Part shown: piece after piece, positions 43,840 through 53,051 of the stretch | Layout of the letters: every line of letters starts with the position of its first letter | How positions within the stretch are numbered: position 1 is the first letter of the stretch | Assembly: GCA_963701855.1 (NCBI GenBank) | Contig: CAVPBK010000003.1 | Coordinates: 1-64,000 of the forward strand | Length of the DNA stretch: 64,000 nt | Source: Nitrospirota bacterium | GTDB taxonomy: Bacteria; Nitrospirota; Nitrospiria; Nitrospirales; Nitrospiraceae | Direction: 5' to 3' | The notes under the pieces: generated by a model | Told to the model about the DNA's origin: nothing | What the model saw: the letters and a program-made list of their open reading frames with translations, nothing else | Databases searched by the model: none | Translations under genes and position numbers: made by a program

Positions 43840-45666
43840 GTGTTCCCGTCACCGATGAACATCATTCTGAATCGCATCCGCCCCTTCCTCCTGACGCTTC
43901 GCCACGCTCTCTTGTTTGTGTGGCAGAGCAGCCCGAGTCTGGCAATCGGCAGTATCGTGGTGCGCGTGATCCAAGGCCTTCTTCCGCTGGTGGCGCTGTA
44001 TCTGACGAAGTTGTTGATCGATGCCGTTGCCGAAGGGCTCAAGGCTCCATCAGCCGAAGGCTCCTTGAGCGGGATGGCCATGATTCTTGCTGGGTTGGCA
44101 GGTGTCGCGGTGGCCAGTGCCATGCTCACCGGCGTGGCCTCTCTGATTTCAAGGATTCATGCTCAAGTCGTCACGGATCATATGCACGCACTCCTTCAGG
44201 CAAAGTCCGTCGAGGTCGATCTTGAGTACTACGAGAATGCGCGCTATCAAGATACGCTCCATCGCGCACAAGAAGAAGCGCCTTATCGTCCGACGGCGAT
44301 TCTCAACGCCTTGCTCCAATTTGGCCAGGATGCCATTTCACTGTTTGCGATGGCAGCCATACTCTGGTGGTTGCATTGGGGGGTGATCCCGATCTTGATG
44401 CTGACGGCCATCCCGTACTTTTTCGTCCGTCTGCAGCAATCCAATCGACTGTTTGCCTGGGAGCGCGAGCGGACGCCGCTTGAGCGGAAAGCCTGGTACG
44501 TCAATATGCTGCTGACCCAAGCGATTGCAGCGAAAGAAATCCGGCTGTTCGACCTCGGCCCTCGGTTGCGGCAATGGTTCCAAGACGCGCGATCAGTGCT
44601 GCGTCGAGAACGGATCGCGTTAGAGCGCCGATGGGCGCTCGCGGGTTTTGCCGCGCAGATCATCGGCGTGGCCGGTGTGTTCGGGGTCTACAGTTTTGTG
44701 GCGTTCCGAACGTTTCAGGGGCTGCTCACCGTGGGCGACCTCGTCATGTTTTTCCAGGCGGTGCAGCGGGCCTCCGGATTCCTGGAGAGTTTGGGACAGA
44801 GTGTGTCCAGCCTCTATGAGAGCAATTTGTTCCTAACCACGTTGGATGAGTTTCTGGGTATTCAGTCTCGTTTGCCGAAGTCGGCACATCCGAAGTTGTT
44901 TCCCCAACCGATCGCGCAGGGGATTACATTCGATCATGTGTCCTTCCAATACCCGCATGAAGAACGTGTGGCGATCCAGGAGTTCACCTTTACGATCAGA
45001 CCCGGCGAACATGTCGCGTTTGTCGGAGCCAATGGGGCGGGGAAGACGACGCTGGTGAAGCTCCTATGCCGTCTGTACGATCCGTCGGGGGGGCGCATCA
45101 CGGTCGATGGTGAAGATCTTCGGAACTATCCCCTTGCCGATGTCCGTGGCGCCGTCAGCGGAATTTTTCAGGACTTTGTGAAGTTCCAGTTTTCGGCCAA
45201 GGACAACATCTCGTTGGGCCTGAGATCCCCCGACATCGACCTTTCCGCCGTCACGCAGGCGGCCAAACAGGCTGGGATCCATGAGGCCATCGAGCGTTTG
45301 CCGAAGGGGTACGAGTCATTGCTCGGCAAGCTGTTCGACGGCGGGCATGAACTGAGCATCGGGGAATGGCAAAAAGTGGCGCTCGCCAGGGCCATCCTTC
45401 GCGATTCTCAGATCCTGATTCTCGACGAGCCTACCAGCGCGATGGATGCCAAGGCCGAAGCGGAATTGTTCGAGCGGTTTCACGAACTCACTCAAGGGCG
45501 TATGGCGATTTTGATCAGTCATCGACTGGCTACTGTCAAAATGGCCGACTGTATTTTTGTCCTCGATCACGGCCAAATTGTGGAACGGGGAACCCATGAT
45601 GAGTTGATGCGACGGCAGGGGCTCTACGCCACGCTTTTCCTCACCCAAGCCCAGCATTATCAGTAG
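43840..45666 (+). CDS. ABC exporter, fused permease + ATPase
   Basis: TM domain, GANGAGKTT, LSIGEWQK, ILDEPT and SHRL motifs; no C39 peptidase domain. Confidence 0.92.
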   Translation: MFPSPMNIILNRIRPFLLTLRHALLFVWQSSPSLAIGSIVVRVIQGLLPLVALYLTKLLIDAVAEGLKAPSAEGSLSGMAMILAGLAGVAVASAMLTGVASLISRIHAQVVTDHMHALLQAKSVEVDLEYYENARYQDTLHRAQEEAPYRPTAILNALLQFGQDAISLFAMAAILWWLHWGVIPILMLTAIPYFFVRLQQSNRLFAWERERTPLERKAWYVNMLLTQAIAAKEIRLFDLGPRLRQWFQDARSVLRRERIALERRWALAGFAAQIIGVAGVFGVYSFVAFRTFQGLLTVGDLVMFFQAVQRASGFLESLGQSVSSLYESNLFLTTLDEFLGIQSRLPKSAHPKLFPQPIAQGITFDHVSFQYPHEERVAIQEFTFTIRPGEHVAFVGANGAGKTTLVKLLCRLYDPSGGRITVDGEDLRNYPLADVRGAVSGIFQDFVKFQFSAKDNISLGLRSPDIDLSAVTQAAKQAGIHEAIERLPKGYESLLGKLFDGGHELSIGEWQKVALARAILRDSQILILDEPTSAMDAKAEAELFERFHELTQGRMAILISHRLATVKMADCIFVLDHGQIVERGTHDELMRRQGLYATLFLTQAQHYQ

Positions 45667-45876
45667 TCGAGGTCTTGTGAATAGCTGGGCGCATTCACAA
45701 ACCATGTGTAACATTTATGGGAGAAAATGCTGCATGGGAAAAATCTACACACAGTTGAGTTTTCAAGAACCGACGATCATCCATAGGCAAATGGAGGTAT
45801 GCCTCGAATTCACTCAACTCCGTTGACGGAAACGCGACATTCTGCCATTCTAATCGAAACTTAACGGAGAGGCTTT

Positions 45877-47178
45877 ATGGCTCAAAAGAAAGAGACCGGA
45901 CGAAAGGTTGCGCTTGTTGGACTTGGTTATGTGGGGCTTCCTATCGCCGTTGCCTTCGGCAAGCGGGGAAAGGTCATCGGGTTCGATATCAACAAAGCAA
46001 AGATTGCAGAACTGCAGAGGGGCGTTGACCGAACGGGGGAAGTGTCGGCGGCCGACCTCAAAGTCGCTGATGTACAGTATACTTCGGAGCCTACCGACCT
46101 CAAGGCCGCCGACTTTATCATTGTGGCTGTTCCAACTCCGATCAATGAAGCGCTCCAGCCGGATCTCAAGGCGCTACGAATTGTCTCGGAATTGATCGGT
46201 AAAAACATGTCCCCTGGTACGATCGTTGTCTATGAGTCTACGGTGTACCCTGGAGTGACAGAGGATGTTTGTCTCCCTATTCTGGAAAAGACTTCCGGCC
46301 TCAAATCAGGCATTGACTTCAAGGTTGGATATTCACCGGAGCGCATCAATCCAGGGGACAAGGAGCATACTCTCGAGAAGATCGTCAAAGTCGTTTCGGC
46401 TCAAGATGCAGAGTCGCTTGAAGTCGTCGCGAATACCTATTCACTCGTCGTGAAGGCCGGGGTCCATCGGGCTTCAAGCATTAAGGTTGCGGAAGCAGCC
46501 AAGGTGATTGAGAACACGCAGCGCGATCTGAACATTGCATTGATGAACGAGCTGGCTCTCATTTTCCATCGTCTCGGAATCGATACCAAGTCGGTCTTAG
46601 ACGCTGCCGGGACGAAGTGGAACTTTCTGAAGTTTTTCCCAGGATTAGTCGGCGGACATTGTATTGGTGTGGACCCATATTATCTGACCGCTAAGGCTGA
46701 ATCGGTCGGCTATCACCCGCAAGTGATTCTGGCTGGTCGGCGCATCAATAACGGGATGGGAAAGTTCGTTGCAGAGCAAACGATAAAGCTGCTCGGTCAA
46801 CTTCCCCGGCCAGCCAACGAACTCAAGGTGGCAGTCTTAGGACTCACGTTTAAGGAAAATGTGCCGGATCTGCGCAACAGCAAAGTGCTCGATATTATCC
46901 AGGAGTTGCGTGAGTATGGGGTTCAAGTGTTGGTGCATGATCCGATCGCAGAACCGGAAGAGGCGGTCGCTGAATACGGAATTCATCTGCAGCAGTGGAA
47001 CGATCTGAAGAACGTCGATGGGATGGTTATTGCGGTGGCCCACCGCTCGTATGCGGAGATGGGCCTGCAGGAATTGCTCAAACCTCTCCGCAGTCAGCGG
47101 GAGGGCGTGGTTATTGATGTGAAATGTCTGCTTGATCAGGCGAAACTGCCCAAGACGCTCAAGTACTGGCGTTTATAA
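45877..47178 (+). CDS. UDP-N-acetylhexosamine 6-dehydrogenase (WbpO/TviB-like)
   Basis: [36 protein letters not shown] and [11 protein letters not shown] motifs. Confidence 0.92.
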   Translation: MAQKKETGRKVALVGLGYVGLPIAVAFGKRGKVIGFDINKAKIAELQRGVDRTGEVSAADLKVADVQYTSEPTDLKAADFIIVAVPTPINEALQPDLKALRIVSELIGKNMSPGTIVVYESTVYPGVTEDVCLPILEKTSGLKSGIDFKVGYSPERINPGDKEHTLEKIVKVVSAQDAESLEVVANTYSLVVKAGVHRASSIKVAEAAKVIENTQRDLNIALMNELALIFHRLGIDTKSVLDAAGTKWNFLKFFPGLVGGHCIGVDPYYLTAKAESVGYHPQVILAGRRINNGMGKFVAEQTIKLLGQLPRPANELKVAVLGLTFKENVPDLRNSKVLDIIQELREYGVQVLVHDPIAEPEEAVAEYGIHLQQWNDLKNVDGMVIAVAHRSYAEMGLQELLKPLRSQREGVVIDVKCLLDQAKLPKTLKYWRL

Positions 47179-47446
47179 GAGGCAGCAAGCCGCTGTGTTC
47201 TTCATTCTGCACCAGCACCTTTCCACGTAGTCTAATACGTATGGAGTGGCGGGAAGCCGGCATGCTCACACCGGGAACTTCCCTGTAGTACGTAGCAGAC
47301 AGATCACCCATCTTTCACTGTCAGCAGAGTTTTTGATTCTCATTGCCCCACTCTAAAGAGGCTGCTATAGATTGCTTGTGGCACGGAAATTCCAGGTAGT
47401 TTCCCTGGTTTCCTTTTTTGGCGTTGGCCTTCTTATTGTGTGACCA

Positions 47447-49804
47447 ATGAATAGTCCGGGCAATAGCATCGTAAGACATACCGCAGCGGGGGCGTGCTGT
47501 GCCATTGTGGCAATGGCATTTCTCGCCGGCTGCGCGTATTTCAATTCACCTGACATCAAGCGTGGGGATCAACATCTCGCAGCGGGTAATTGGGAGGAGG
47601 CGAGTCTCGCCTATAAGAACGCACTGAAGGATGATCCCTTCAGCCCAACATTACAGAGCAAATACACCATGGCTCGAGAACGAGCTGCGGCGTCGTATGA
47701 GGAGCGAGGACGGGCGTATCTCAAAGAACGTCAGCCGGACCTCGCAGCGGAACAGTTTAAGCGGGCACTCACCATCGAACCGTCCAGTCTCGATCATCAA
47801 TCGGGGTTGCTTGAAGCGCTTCGCTTGACTGATGCGCGCGGCCGGAATCGAGAGGCAGCCCGCCTCGCCCAGCTCGGTCGGATCGACGAGGCCATGGAAG
47901 CCTATGCCAGAGCGGCTGAGCTGGATCCTTCATTCAAAGAACCCCTTGAGAGTATCTCCAAACTCACTGAGGAGCAGCAGGCGTTCAACCGTGACGATCG
48001 GCGGAAGCAGCCGGTGACACTTAAGTTCCGTAATGCCGGACTCAAAGAAGTCTTGGAAGGGATTGGAAAGGCCGGAGGGATCAACCTCATATTCGACAAG
48101 GACGTCAGAAATGACCCCGTGACCATCAGCGTTCAGGACACGCCATTCCAAGAAGCCTTCAATCTCATTCTCAACAGCAATAGCCTGTTCGCCCAAACCG
48201 TATCTCCGGACGTCATGATCGTCAGCCCTAATACCAAGCAGAAGCAGGAGCAATATCAAGATCTGATGATTCGGACGTTCTACTTGTCCAATGCCAAAGC
48301 GAAGGACATGCTGGTATTGCTGAAGAGCATGCTCGATTCAAAGCGGATGCATGCCAATGAACAACTGAACACGATTATCATCCGGGACCAACCGGAAAAA
48401 CTGGAGATGGCTGAAAAGATCATCTTGGCCAATGACCGCCTGGACTCCGAAGTTCTTTTTGATGTTGAGGTTCTCGAAGTCGATCGCACGACCAACCAGA
48501 CCTATGGTCTGACCTATCCTAAGCAAATCGCAGCCGCCATGGTACCTCCGGGGTTTACGGCACCAATCAGCGGAGATTTCTCACCGACGTTCACGCTTCG
48601 TCAGCTCACCAGCCTCGGTCAGGACAGTTATCTCTTTAAACTTCCAACCAACATCCAGCTGGATTTCTTTAAAACGATCACCGATGCCAAGACCCTTGCC
48701 AACCCGAAAGTTCGCGTGGTGAACAACAAGAAAGCGGAGATTAACGTCGGGGACAAGCAGCCGATCCTGCTTTCCACAACGAATGTCTTGCCAGGTCAAG
48801 CGGCAACAGGGGCAGTTCCGACGACCTCGACGGTAACCTCGATCGAATTCCGCGACACCGGAGTCAAATTAACCGTTGAGCCTTCCATCCATCTGGGGAA
48901 TGAACTGTCTCTGAAGATGAAGATTGAAGTCATTAGTCTTGGCGATCGAGTTGTGCTCCAAGCCAGTCCCCTCATTTCCCAGTTTAAGTTCGGCAATCGG
49001 TCGGCGGAAACCCAGCTCAATGTTAGAGATGGTGAAACCATTGTGTTGGGAGGGCTGATCCAGGAAGAGGATCGCAAAACCCGCACCACCATCCCCTGGA
49101 TCGGTGATCTTCCTTTTATTGGCAATCTATTAAGTTCCTTTATAACCAGCAGGGTCACTACTGAGGTGATCCTGACGATCACGCCACACATCATTCCAGA
49201 TAGGACTCCTCCCGGGCTCAGTAAGCAGGTGTTCTGGTCCGGGACGGATTCAACCTATGCCACGAGCCCGCTGTTTACGCCACAGGGGAAGAAGGCTTCC
49301 TTGATGGGAAGTGGACCCGTTTCAGGGTTCTCATTGTTGGGCGAAACGGCAAAAGGGGGACTGGCAGGGAAGCCAGCTGCAGCGTCACTCACTCCCTTGA
49401 ATTCGGTAGGCGCGGTCGCCTCGATCAGGCCAAACGAGTCGGTGATCCAAATGGGAAAAGAATTTAAGCTTGCCATCAATGACGAACGTCTTCGTCCCAC
49501 GGCGGAAGGCGTATTTCAACTTCAGTATGATCCACAGGTGCTGGAACTCAGAACACTCCTGAATGGTGAGGTTATCCAAGACGGCACAGGCGATCAGACG
49601 TCTCGCAGTCCAGAGACGCAAGCGGGGACGGTTGCTTTTAAAGTCGCACCATCAGCAAGACAGGCAGGCGGGCGGACCGTCACGGCCACCTTCTATGCCA
49701 AGGCGTCCGGTGTGTCTCCTGTGCGTGTGGCGTTGGTGGATTCCGCCGCGGGATCATCCACGGCACTGTCCCAAGAAGGAAAAGGTATCGTGAGGGTCCG
49801 GTGA
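47447..49804 (+). CDS. Secretin, GspD-like lipoprotein with N-terminal TPRs and a C-terminal cohesin-like extension
   Basis: LAGC lipobox, TPR-like helices, RTFYLSNA N3 domain, DTGVKLTVEP and DGETIVLGGLI..PWIGDLP motifs. Confidence 0.9.
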   Translation: MNSPGNSIVRHTAAGACCAIVAMAFLAGCAYFNSPDIKRGDQHLAAGNWEEASLAYKNALKDDPFSPTLQSKYTMARERAAASYEERGRAYLKERQPDLAAEQFKRALTIEPSSLDHQSGLLEALRLTDARGRNREAARLAQLGRIDEAMEAYARAAELDPSFKEPLESISKLTEEQQAFNRDDRRKQPVTLKFRNAGLKEVLEGIGKAGGINLIFDKDVRNDPVTISVQDTPFQEAFNLILNSNSLFAQTVSPDVMIVSPNTKQKQEQYQDLMIRTFYLSNAKAKDMLVLLKSMLDSKRMHANEQLNTIIIRDQPEKLEMAEKIILANDRLDSEVLFDVEVLEVDRTTNQTYGLTYPKQIAAAMVPPGFTAPISGDFSPTFTLRQLTSLGQDSYLFKLPTNIQLDFFKTITDAKTLANPKVRVVNNKKAEINVGDKQPILLSTTNVLPGQAATGAVPTTSTVTSIEFRDTGVKLTVEPSIHLGNELSLKMKIEVISLGDRVVLQASPLISQFKFGNRSAETQLNVRDGETIVLGGLIQEEDRKTRTTIPWIGDLPFIGNLLSSFITSRVTTEVILTITPHIIPDRTPPGLSKQVFWSGTDSTYATSPLFTPQGKKASLMGSGPVSGFSLLGETAKGGLAGKPAAASLTPLNSVGAVASIRPNESVIQMGKEFKLAINDERLRPTAEGVFQLQYDPQVLELRTLLNGEVIQDGTGDQTSRSPETQAGTVAFKVAPSARQAGGRTVTATFYAKASGVSPVRVALVDSAAGSSTALSQEGKGIVRVR

Positions 49805-50307
49805 AAGAATCGGGCGTGACTCTTTTGGAACTCCTGATCACGCTGACCATTGTGATGGTGCTCGCCTCTGTGGCTATGCCGCTCAGCCGTCTGTCAGTGA
49901 AACGGACTCACGAAATAGAACTGCGGCAGCATTTGAGGATCATGAGGGCTGCCATCGACACCTTTAAGCTGGAGTGGAACCGTGATGGCGACGTCTTATT
50001 GGGGGCGGCATGTGTAAAAAATAAGCTCACGTGCAAAGACGTGACGAGTGTGTACGGATATCCGAAGTCGCTGGATAGACTGTTGGGGATCAAGCTCACC
50101 AGTGAAGAGGCGACGATTAGGGGCACGACGACGAAGCGCTATTTAAGAAATCTTCCCCTCGATCCCTTGACCGGCAAGGCCGATTGGTTGTTCCGATGTT
50201 ATAAAGATGCGCCGAACGCATCGAGTTGGTGTGGGGACGACGTGTACGACGTGATGACTCAAAGTCAGGACATAGCACTAGATGGCACAAAGTATCGAGA
50301 TTGGTAA
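49801..50307 (+). CDS. Pseudopilin, GspG-like
   Basis: G/VTLLELL prepilin motif. Confidence 0.88.
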   Translation: MKESGVTLLELLITLTIVMVLASVAMPLSRLSVKRTHEIELRQHLRIMRAAIDTFKLEWNRDGDVLLGAACVKNKLTCKDVTSVYGYPKSLDRLLGIKLTSEEATIRGTTTKRYLRNLPLDPLTGKADWLFRCYKDAPNASSWCGDDVYDVMTQSQDIALDGTKYRDW

Positions 50308-50683
50308 GAGTGGAGTACGGGGCACAAATGGTTTCACCTTGCTGGAACTGATGATCGTCGTGTCGATCATCGGTATTCTCGCCACCCTGGCGGTGCCCTC
50401 GTACCAATCATCGGTTGTGAAGGCCAAAGAGGCTGCCTTGCGTCAGGATCTCTCCACACTGCGCGATGTGCTGGATCAGCACAAGGCAGACCAGGGAAAG
50501 TATCCTCCGTCTCTATCGGCATTGGTGGGCACCGGGTATCTGCGGGGGATCCCAAAAGATCCCTTCACCGGTACAACGACCACGTGGCAAGAGATTACTG
50601 ATCCTGTTGAGAAAGGCGTGGTCGACGTCTTTTCAGGGGCCGAGTTTGTTGGGACGGATGGCACTCCGTATAATCGTTGGTAA
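50282..50683 (+). CDS. Pseudopilin, GspG-like
   Basis: G/FTLLELMIVV prepilin motif. Confidence 0.9.
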   Translation: MAQSIEIGKSGVRGTNGFTLLELMIVVSIIGILATLAVPSYQSSVVKAKEAALRQDLSTLRDVLDQHKADQGKYPPSLSALVGTGYLRGIPKDPFTGTTTTWQEITDPVEKGVVDVFSGAEFVGTDGTPYNRW

Positions 50684-51558
50684 GAATGCCCATGCTCAAT
50701 CGTCATTGCAGATTGCTCCAGGCTTCAGTTGAAACAATACGTGCCTGTTATCCGACTGTGCGAGTTGGAGTTCTCTGTGCGGTCGGCTTCGCCTCAGCCT
50801 TGTTTGCGGGATGTGGCGAACTTGAGCCGATGCGTGAGCCGGAGGTCGTGGATCTTGAGTTGACTACAGACACGTTAAAAGCGTCAGTGCGCGATGCTCA
50901 GCGGACAGTGGTGGAGTTGCGGGCTGATCTTGAGACGCGGCGCATGGAATTGGGAGAAGCTCAGGTCGCTCGGGCGCAGCTTGAAGGACGGGTTAGAGAG
51001 GCGGAACGGCGGGTTATCGAAGCACGGCAGGTGATCGAACTGCAACGGGAAGAATTGGCCGCGGCTCGGACAGAACGGGAGCGTGTGTCCCGAAGTAGTC
51101 TTCAATTGCAGGGCCAGATGAAGCGGCTCCAGAAGCAGCTTGCAAAAGCGGGGATATCGGTCCCTGCTCATGACGGGCAGGAGGCGGCTCCACTATCTTC
51201 CAGCGGAGCGATGCACAAGGGCCAGAAGGCGATGCCGGTTTCCACACAGCGAAATGAGCCCTCAGAGCTTCCGGAGCCGTCTCAGACGGTGGCGACCCAG
51301 GCAGCTAAGAAGCCGGTGCCGGCCAACAGCGAGCCCTCGCCAGAGGTTGAGCAGCAGAGGACTCCAACAAAATATGTTTCCGTGAAACCCGGTGATACGC
51401 TCTGGAGGATTGCGCAGAAATATCGCGTCGATGTGGAAGATCTTCGGACACTCAATCTATTGACCGACAACAGGATTGTCATTGGCCAGGCCCTGTGGTT
51501 ACCAGATGATCGGACCGTGTCCAGAGTCGGTGCCGACAAGGGCGCGTCGATTCCGTAA
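50677..51558 (+). CDS. LysM coiled-coil lipoprotein (start uncertain)
   Basis: FAGC lipobox, coiled coil and C-terminal LysM domain. Confidence 0.82.
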   Translation: MVRMPMLNRHCRLLQASVETIRACYPTVRVGVLCAVGFASALFAGCGELEPMREPEVVDLELTTDTLKASVRDAQRTVVELRADLETRRMELGEAQVARAQLEGRVREAERRVIEARQVIELQREELAAARTERERVSRSSLQLQGQMKRLQKQLAKAGISVPAHDGQEAAPLSSSGAMHKGQKAMPVSTQRNEPSELPEPSQTVATQAAKKPVPANSEPSPEVEQQRTPTKYVSVKPGDTLWRIAQKYRVDVEDLRTLNLLTDNRIVIGQALWLPDDRTVSRVGADKGASIP

Positions 51559-51595
51559 GATTCCTGTTATCCGTCTGAAATTCCGTGCACGTCTG

Positions 51596-51774
51596 TAACT
51601 ACTCAGGTGGATAGGCTGAAGACTGAAGGCTTTTAGTATTCAGCCTTCAGCCTGCTATTGAAGGATTCATCTCTGCTTGAACCCAAGGTCGTAGAAACCG
51701 AGAAGGCTTTGAATGGCTTGATTCGTGCCTTGCGAGATAATTTATAGCCTTCAGCCTGAACACCTGAGTAGTTA
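51596..51774. repeat. Family B MITE-like repeat, right arm only
   Basis: Perfect 14-bp terminal inverted repeat taactactcaggtg...cacctgagtagtta; homologous to 2371-2526. Confidence 0.78.
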
Positions 51775-51776
51775 TC

Positions 51777-52988
51777 ATGCCTGTATTTGCGTACAGAGTG
51801 GCCCGTCCTGATGGGTCGACCCTTGATGGACAGATTGAGGGAGAGGAAGAACACCTAGTCCGGGCCAAACTTGAGGGCCAGGGCTTTCTCGTCTTTCGGT
51901 TGCAGCGACGGGGTGCGGCCACAACCGGTTTGAGTCTGGGGTGGCACGCGTTTGGAAAGCTTCCACTTCAGGAATTCTTGGTGTTCAATCAAGAGCTGCT
52001 CGCCCTCGTGAAAGCCGGCCTTCCCGTGTTGCGGGTGTGGGATCTCTTGATCGAACGAGCCAACCATTCAGGGTTTCAGCAAGTCTTGAGGACCATTCGG
52101 CAAGATATTCGAGGAGGGGCGTCGGCTTCGGAAGCGCTGGCAAAACATCCGATCCATTTTTCAGAATTGTATATTGCGACAATCAAAGCCGGAGAACAAT
52201 CAGGAAATTTGGCCGAGGTGTTGCAGCGTTTCATTGCGTATTTAAAGTTGATGATCGGGCTGCGCCAGAAGGTCTCGAAAGCGCTTGCGTATCCCGGCTT
52301 TCTTGTGCTCGTCGGGATTGCCGTCATTGGGTTTCTGTTGAGTTACGTCGTGCCGACATTCGTGTCGGTCTATGCGGAGACGTCAAAATCGTTACCGGTT
52401 GCCACGCAGCTGTTGCTTGACTTGGTGACGGGGGGCCAAACGTACGTTGTGCCTGGACTCATAGGGCTGGCCGCTTTGGGACTCGCAGGTCGTGCGTACT
52501 ATACGACGCCGGCTGGGCGGCTTGTGGTGGATCGGCTGTCATTGAGCCTGCCCATCATGGGGTCGATTTTCGTAAAACATTATACGGTTCAACTTACGCG
52601 TACCCTTGCGACGATCCTTGCCGGGGGCACTCCGCTGGTGGACGCATTGTCTATCGCACGGGGCGCCATCTCCAATCGGTATGTAGCGGTCGGAATCGCC
52701 GGTGCGGTCGAGGAAATTCGTGAAGGGATAACCCTGGCTGCCGCACTGGATCGCCCAAAAGTATTTCCCAAATTGGCGGTGGAGATGCTGTCGGTCGGGG
52801 AGGAAACCGGATCGTTGCCCGCGATGTTGCATGATGTGGCTGAATTCTATGAAGGAGACCTGGATCTCCGTCTCACGCAATTGACGACGTGGATTGAACC
52901 GGTACTACTTCTGGTCATGGGGGTTTTAGTGGGTGCGATCGTCATTATCATGTATCTGCCGGTGTTTCAAATGGCAGGGGCTGTGTAG
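51777..52988 (+). CDS. GspF/PilC inner-membrane platform protein
   Basis: AGEQSGNL, ALAYP and VGEETGSL..EP motifs. Confidence 0.93.
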   Translation: MPVFAYRVARPDGSTLDGQIEGEEEHLVRAKLEGQGFLVFRLQRRGAATTGLSLGWHAFGKLPLQEFLVFNQELLALVKAGLPVLRVWDLLIERANHSGFQQVLRTIRQDIRGGASASEALAKHPIHFSELYIATIKAGEQSGNLAEVLQRFIAYLKLMIGLRQKVSKALAYPGFLVLVGIAVIGFLLSYVVPTFVSVYAETSKSLPVATQLLLDLVTGGQTYVVPGLIGLAALGLAGRAYYTTPAGRLVVDRLSLSLPIMGSIFVKHYTVQLTRTLATILAGGTPLVDALSIARGAISNRYVAVGIAGAVEEIREGITLAAALDRPKVFPKLAVEMLSVGEETGSLPAMLHDVAEFYEGDLDLRLTQLTTWIEPVLLLVMGVLVGAIVIIMYLPVFQMAGAV

Positions 52989-53051
52989 CGATGGATGCTG
53001 TGATCATGTGGTTCGGCTTGCGTTCATGTGTTGAAGAATGAGTAGAAATCT

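Noticed and set aside
40231..45666. Canonical lasso peptide cluster
   Set aside because: No Asn-synthetase-like cyclase in the window and no Asp/Glu in the predicted core.
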